NCBI RefSeq assembly: GCF_009914755.1
Contig: NC_060945.1
From: the human T2T-CHM13v2.0 reference genome, Homo sapiens
Direction: 5' to 3' (one strand)
Length of the DNA stretch: 64,000 nt
Shown here: positions 57,697-64,000 of the stretch, piece by piece
Layout of the letters: the number at the start of each line of letters is the position of its first letter
How positions within the stretch are numbered: the first letter of the stretch is position 1
The notes under the pieces: generated by a model
The model's database searches: none
Seen by the model: only the letters and a program-made list of their open reading frames with translations
What the model was told of the DNA's origin: nothing
Translations under genes and position numbers: made by a program

Positions 57697-59493
57697 TTGC
57701 TTCAAAGAGAATAAAACACCTAGAAATCCAACTTAAAAGGGATGTGAAGGACCTCTTCAAGGAAAACTACAAACCACTGCTCAATGAAATAAGATACAAA
57801 CAAATGTAAGAACCTTTCATGTTCATGGGTAGGAAGAATCCATATTGTGAAAATGGCCATACTGCCCAAGGTAATTTATAGATTCAATGCCATCCCCATC
57901 AAGCAACCAATGACTTTCTTCACAGAATTGGAAAAAACTACTTTAAAGTTCATATGGAACCAAAAAAGAGCCTGCATTGCCAAGTCAATCCTAAGGCAAA
58001 AGAACAAAGCTGGAGGTACTACGCTGCCTGACTTCAAACTATACTACAAGGTTACAGTGACCAAAACAGCATGGTACTGGTACCAAAAGAGAGATAGAGG
58101 CCAATGGAACAGAACAGAGCCCTCAGAAATAATGCCACATGTCTACAGCTATCTGATATTTGACAAACTTGACAGAAACAAGAACTAGGGAAAGGATTCC
58201 CTATTTAATAAATGGCGCTGGGAAAACTGGCTAGCCATATGTAGAAAGCTGAAACTGGATCCCTTCCTTACACCTTATACAAAAATTAATTCAAGATGGA
58301 TTAAAGACTTACATGTTAGACCTAAAACCATAAAAACCTTGGAAAAAAAACTAGGCAATACCATTCAGGACATAAGCATGGGCAGGGACTTCATGTCTAA
58401 AACACCAAAAGCAATGGCAACAAAAGCCAAAATTGACAAATGGGATCTAATTAAACTAAAGAGCTTCTGCACAGCCAAAGAAAGCACCATCAGAGTGAAC
58501 AGGCAACCTACAGAATGGGAGAAAAGTTTTGCAATCTACTCATCTGACAAAGGACAAATATCCAGAATCTACAATGAACTCCAACAAATTTACTAGAAAA
58601 AAGCAACCCCATCAAAAAGTGGGCGAAGGATATGAACAGACACTTCTCAAAAGAAGACATTTATGCAGCCAAAAAACACATGAAAAAATGCTCATCATCA
58701 CTGGCCATCAGAGAAATGCAAATCAAAACCACAATGAGATACCACCTCACACCAGTTAGAATGGCGATCATAAAAAGTCAGGAAACAACAGGTGCTGGAG
58801 AGGATGTGGAGAAATAGGAACACTTTTACACTGTTGATGGGACTGTAAACTAGTTCAAACATTGTGGAAGTCGGTGTGGCGATTCCTCAGGGATCTAGAA
58901 CTAGAAATACCATTTGATCCAGCCATCCCATTACTGGGTATATACCCAAAGGATTATAAATCATGCTGCTCTAAAGACACATGGACACGTATGTTTATTG
59001 TGGCACTATTCACAATAGCAAAGACTTGGAACCAACCCAAATGTCCAACAATGATAGACTGGATTAAGAAAATGTGGCACATATACACCATGGAATCCTA
59101 TGCAGCCATAAAAAATGATGAGTTTATGTCCTTTGTAGGGATATGGATGAAGCTGGAAACCATCATTCTCAGCAAACTATCACAAGGACAAAAAACCAAA
59201 CACCACATGTTCTCACTCATAGGTGGGAATTGAACAATGAGAACACATGGACACAGGAAGGGTAACATCACACACTGGGGACTGTTGTAGGGTGGGGGGA
59301 AGGGGGAGGGATAGCATTAGAAGATATACCTAATGTTAAATGACGAGTTAATGGTTGCAGCACGACAGCATGGCACATGTATACATATGTAACAAACGTG
59401 CACGTTCTGCACGTGTACCCTAAAACTTAATGTATAATAATAATAATTAAAAAAAATGAAAACATATGTCCACACACACAAAAAAAAGAAAAA
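57697..59493 (+). mobile_element. 5'-truncated L1PA4-like element (~1.8 kb) with double A tail
   Basis: ORF2 C-terminus ([26 protein letters not shown]), 3'UTR; TSD aataaggatctcaa at 57683-57696 and 59494-59507. Confidence 0.96.
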
Positions 59494-61299
59494 AATAAGG
59501 ATCTCAAAGAGGTCAATATGTATATAATCTATTCTTAAAAAAAAATTTTCTCCAATTGTTTATTGAAATATCACACAGGCTCTGACTTTGTTTATACCCT
59601 TAAAAACTATGTAGATTGATGTGTAGCTTTTGTAAAGTGAAAGCTCAGAATGTCTACTCTGTTCTGGTACCACTTTAGTTTAATTGTTGGGAAATATTTA
59701 ATAAAAATGAATTACTAAACAAATGGAAAATTTGAACTTTGCATACTAAATTTTTACTTCATATTATCAACTCTTGAAAAATAAGTGTGTATATTAGAAA
59801 TGACACTCATTTGACTATACCATAATATATTTCAGACATTTTATCTTCAGCTACAGAATTTCTCCATCCTTTGAATTATGTTAGAGGGCTTTAGTTGGTC
59901 AGTATTGGTGATTCGCCTCCACTAATTCACAACTCTATTATCTTACCCCCGGGGATGCATTTCCATAGTTCTGCCTTGTAATGAGTGTCATTTTTTCCTT
60001 CTGTTTTGTTGACTGCCATTCAAATAGTTTTGGCTTTATCAGAGATTTTCACTTTATTGTCACCCCCTCATTTTTTTAACTTCTCATAATTTACTGTATT
60101 ATATCTGCCTGGGCTTTTGGTTCCTTTACAGATTTGTTTCACTTTATTTTTAGCTTATGATACTTCTAAAGTCTGTACCCTTTTAATTTTCACTTGCTTC
60201 ATCGTCACATTCTTGTGTTTTGTTTTCATTTCAAAATACCAGAAAGTAGGATGTCTCAGCATCTTGGTGAGTGGAATAGTTTATTTATAATCCAAAAAAA
60301 TCCCCCATACTTTTTGTGAGCTATCTGCTTCTAAGTAAAAATTTTATATATAAATTCTTTAAAAAAAATCTTAAACTTCTGAGGGATTGAATGAGATTTT
60401 AAAAATCATTCTATACAACAATGGGTGCAAAATTTGTATTCCTCTACTCGAGAAATCATGAACATTTGTTATTAGTTTACTAACATCTAAATATTAATGT
60501 ATTCAATTATATATTATTAAAACACGATTAAGCTTAAGAGGTGGAAAAGTATAAAACAAACAAGTGTATAATCTACCTTTATTAATATGAAACATCTTTT
60601 TCTCTCCTGAAAATAAAGATTAACCAGGGGTGTGCTGGGGCGGGAGGGGGTGTGTTGGAGGGAGAAAAGCCATGATTTGCCAATTTCAGCACAAAACTGA
60701 AAATGGTTATTAATCTTTACTAGCTACAGATATCTTTTAACATATATTGAAATCTATGACCCTTAAAAGGAAACATATATACAGATTTTGACAAAACTTT
60801 GCAGTTCCACTCATGGATCCTTGTATAAGAATCCCTTTTATATGTGTGTTTGCAATTTAAAGAGTTCAGACTTTATGATTCACAGGTGACAATTAATGAT
60901 TTAAAATCATAACTTAGGCTTTTATAATTTGGGAGTCAGGTGTTTAACAGCTGTAGTAGTAACTGCTTCTTCTCAGAGAAACTTAGGAGCTAAGACCAGG
61001 GAAATGTCCCTTGGTGTGCAACACACCTCTTCTTTCTGAACATATCGTATAAGAAGCTAACTTTGTCTCAAAGTTTATATGACTTTTGCATTTGCAGTTA
61101 CTAGCTATTTTCTTTTGGAACTGTTGGACTTGGAGAACTTTCCCTCTACCCTCTGAAGGTATGATAACTGAGTCTATTGAATAAATGGATAACAGGCATG
61201 TCAAAAGAAGAAAATGTGTACACATTTATTACACGCATGGGGGAATCACAGGAAAGAAAAGTGGAATCAAAAACAAAACAAAACAAACAAAACACCACC

Positions 61300-61821
61300 A
61301 AGAAAAAACCCCAGTGAGATTTAGGAGCTTATAGGGAAGGCAGGAGGAAGAATGTAGGAAACTTAGGGGAGAGCAAATGACTTTTGTGAAAGATGACCAG
61401 ACCCTTAGGAGAATAGATGATAGTTTGTGGCAGTCTGTCTTAGTGTGGTATGGACCCTTAGTCTTGTCTCCTGTGATATGAGGAGTCAATTTTCCCTGGC
61501 TGATGAAACTCCTAGGAAGGAGATGAATGTCTTTGTGCTGACAAGACAGTATCTTGAAGTTTTGATTTCCAATTCAGTTCTAAATCTGCAGTGTATAAAA
61601 ATCTCATCATGCTTTGGATGTTATGGTAGATAAATGGTATCTTTACAAAGATACATTCATTCTGGTATTGAAAATTCCTTTTGGAGGATCTCTCTTGAGG
61701 AACGTAAAGGGAGTGCAGAGAAAGCATGTCCCGCATTTGTTGTTTTTCAAATATTTTCAGTTCGATGTAATCGGTACACCAAAGCAATCCATTTAGGACT
61801 GGCATTTCCTGAACACCTTCA
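61300..61821 (-). mobile_element. ERV1 LTR (MER34-group-like), interrupted by a duplicated segment
   Basis: gatgaaactcc..ttccttttggaggatct..caccaaagc..ggcatttcctgaacaccttca (minus strand starts tgaagg); family from recall. Confidence 0.5.
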
Positions 61822-62415
61822 GAACTCTTTTTATCCCATGTTATTTCTATGAGATCACGTGATTTAAGAACAACTTTTACTTGCCACTTACATATATATT
61901 GAAAAGGCAAACTTTCCTTTCGTAGTTTGCTAATTTTGGCAAAGTACTTTAACAAAAGTTAAATTAAATGAGTAAGTGAAATTTTCTGTTCTATTGTTTT
62001 GAAAACAATTCTAGAAACTGTCCTTGTAAGAACAGCAAAAAGAGAAAAAGATAATTCTCAACTGCAGCTTCAACCATTCTTTGCTTAACAATGAGTTAAT
62101 TAAAAGGCAAAACTCTATTTCAGGTTTATATGTGTCAATTGCTTGATTAGAAAGTAAATTATTTACCACATATAATATGGTGTCAAAAAACTTATAATAA
62201 AATTACTTTGATTTTATTGCTTATAAGTTTGTGAATTTAAATCTCAACTTACAGTGATAAATTTATTTGCTTTGTGCTGACAAGACAGTATCTTGAAGTT
62301 TTGTTTTCCAACTCAGTTCTAAATCTGCAGTGTATCAAAATCTCCTCATTATGCTTTGGATGTTATGGTACATAAATGGTATCTTCACAAAGATACATTC
62401 ATTCTGGTACTGAAA
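61531..62415 (+). repeat. Dispersed direct duplication: 61531-61673 and 62270-62415
   Basis: ctttgtgctgacaagacagtatcttgaag...gatacattcattctggta(t/c)tgaaa in both copies; a few substitutions and a 3-nt indel. Confidence 0.95.
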
Positions 62416-62726
62416 GTGCCTACTTAAAATTCTGCATGAACAGTTTTATTGAAAAAATATGTAGACAAGCCATTAATTATACACAGTGATTTGGAACAAA
62501 TTCTTACAAGAAGCATAGCATGTCTTCCATTAACTGTATACAATTTAAAAAAGTTACTGAAAGTCTTCCTGAAGTTAAACAATAAATCTTTTAAATTTAA
62601 CCACTGTGCTCCGTCAAAGGTAATTTTTTCTTTATGACACTCACTTAGGGGATACAGTCAGATCTCAGCCTACTTTAAACAACTAGACAGTATTTTTAGT
62701 GCACTTTTCTGTTTGTTAAAAAGCTA

Positions 62727-62840
62727 GTTGTCAAAGTTGGCACCAGAGTTGGGGAGTTTTAAGAGGTTTAGAAGCCTAGCCATGAATACCCACAACAGTT
62801 ACGGAGGCAAAGGAAATAGGCCTTTGAAAAGAAGGTAATG
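62727..62840 (-). mobile_element. HERV-H internal fragment (protease region)
   Basis: LPSFQRPISFASVTVVGIHG*ASKPLKTPQLWCQL matches recalled HERV-H pro LPSFQGPVSLASITVVGIDGQASKPLKTPQLWCQL. Confidence 0.8.
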
Positions 62841-64000
62841 CCCTCTCCCTCTCCCTCTCCCTCTCCCCACGGTCTCCCTCTCTCTCTCTTTCCACGGTCT
62901 CCCTCTCCCTCTCTTTCCACGGTCTCCCTCTGATGCCCAGCCGAAGCTGGACTGTACTGCTGCCATCTTGGCTCACTGCAACCTCCCTGCCTGATTCTCC
63001 TGCCTCAGCCTGCTGAGTGCCTGCAATTGCAGGCGTGCGCCGCCACTTCTGACTGGTTTTCTTATTTTTTTGGTGGAGACGGGGTTTCGCTGTGTTGGCC
63101 GGGCTGGTCTCCAGCTCCTAACCGCGAGTGATCCGCCAGCCTCGGCCTCCCGAGGTGCCGGGATTGCAGACAGAGTCTCGTTCACTCAGTGCTCAATGGT
63201 GCCCAGGCTGGAGTGCAGTGGCGTGATCTCTGCTCGCTACAACCTCCACCTTCCAGCTGCCTGACTTGGCCGCCCAATGTGCCGAGATTGCAGCCTCTGC
63301 CCGGCCGCCACCCCGTCTGGGAAGTGAGGAGCGTCTGCCTGGCCGCCCATCGTCTGGGATGTGAGGAGCCCCTCTGCCTGGCTGCCCAGTCTGGAAAGTG
63401 AGGAGCATCTCTGCCCGGCCGGCATCCCATCTAGGAAGTGAGGAGCACCTCTTCCCGGGTGCCATCCCATCTAGGAAGTGAGGAGCGTCTCTGCCTGGCC
63501 ACCCATAGTCTGAGATGTGGGGAGCGCCTCTGCCCTGCCGCCCCGTCTGGGATGTGAGGAGCCCCTCTGCCCGGCCGCCCATCGTCCGAGATGTGGGGAG
63601 CACCTCTGCCCGGCCGCGACCCCGTCTGGGAGGTGAGGAGCGTCTCTGCCCGGCCGCCCCATCTGAGAAGTGAGGAGCGTCTCCGCTCGGCAGCCACCCC
63701 GTCCGGGAGGGAGGTGGGGGTCAGCCCACGCCCAGCCAGCTGCCCCGTCCGGGAGGGAGGTGGGGGGTCAGCCCCCGCCCGGCCAGCTGCCCCGTCCATT
63801 AGGTGAGGGGTGCCTCTGCCCAGCCGCCCCTACTGGGAAGTGAGGAGCCCCTCTGCCCGGCCACCACCCCGTCTGGGAGGTGTACCCAACAGCTCATTGA
63901 GAACAGGCCATCATGACAATGGCGGTTTTGTGGAATAGAAAAGGGGGAAAGGTGGGGAAAAGATTGAGAAATCAGATGGTCGCTGTGTCTGTGTAGAAAG
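62841..64000 (+). mobile_element. SVA retrotransposon (B-D type), runs off the right edge
   Basis: (CCCTCT)n head at 62841; Alu-like domain ~62930-63290; GC-rich VNTR ~63290-63880; SINE-R start ccaacagctcattgagaac. Confidence 0.97.

Noticed and set aside
61512-61955. 147-aa minus-strand ORF
   Set aside because: Spans an LTR remnant and the duplicated insert; no homology recognised.
62776-63806. Cluster of overlapping ORFs
   Set aside because: By-product of GC-rich SVA sequence with few stop codons.
63290-63880. Repeat array resembling a CRISPR
   Set aside because: SVA VNTR: tandem degenerate units without unique spacers, in human DNA.

Overview
Repeat-dominated, AT-rich human genomic DNA; an intact AluYb8 at 38.3 kb and an SVA at 62.8 kb indicate the human lineage. 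I cannot support any cellular protein-coding gene, rRNA, tRNA or CRISPR array, and nearly every ORF in the track derives from L1, Alu, ERV or SVA. Layout: an L1PA8-like element whose 5'UTR lacks a precise GT-AG intron (1-1621); a MER4-group ERV1 internal region packed with Alus (1.6-8.5 kb); a HERV-K(HML-3)/MER9 provirus nested in the dUTPase region of a HERV-K(HML-1)/LTR14A provirus, itself abutting an L1 fragment (8.7-15.4 kb); old L1M, LTR, Tigger, MIR and CR1 fossils (15-41 kb); a full-length ~6.1 kb L1PA4-like element with TSD (41.3-47.5 kb); several 5'-truncated L1s, one with a short 3' transduction and one with a possible micro-inversion; a 143-bp templated duplication inside an LTR; and an SVA inserted in a HERV-H pro fragment at the right edge. 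I find no evidence of a new gene system. The most interesting signals are fossil records of retrotransposition, splicing and rearrangement. Repeat family names come from my recall of consensus sequences, not from a database search, and boundaries of old repeats are approximate.
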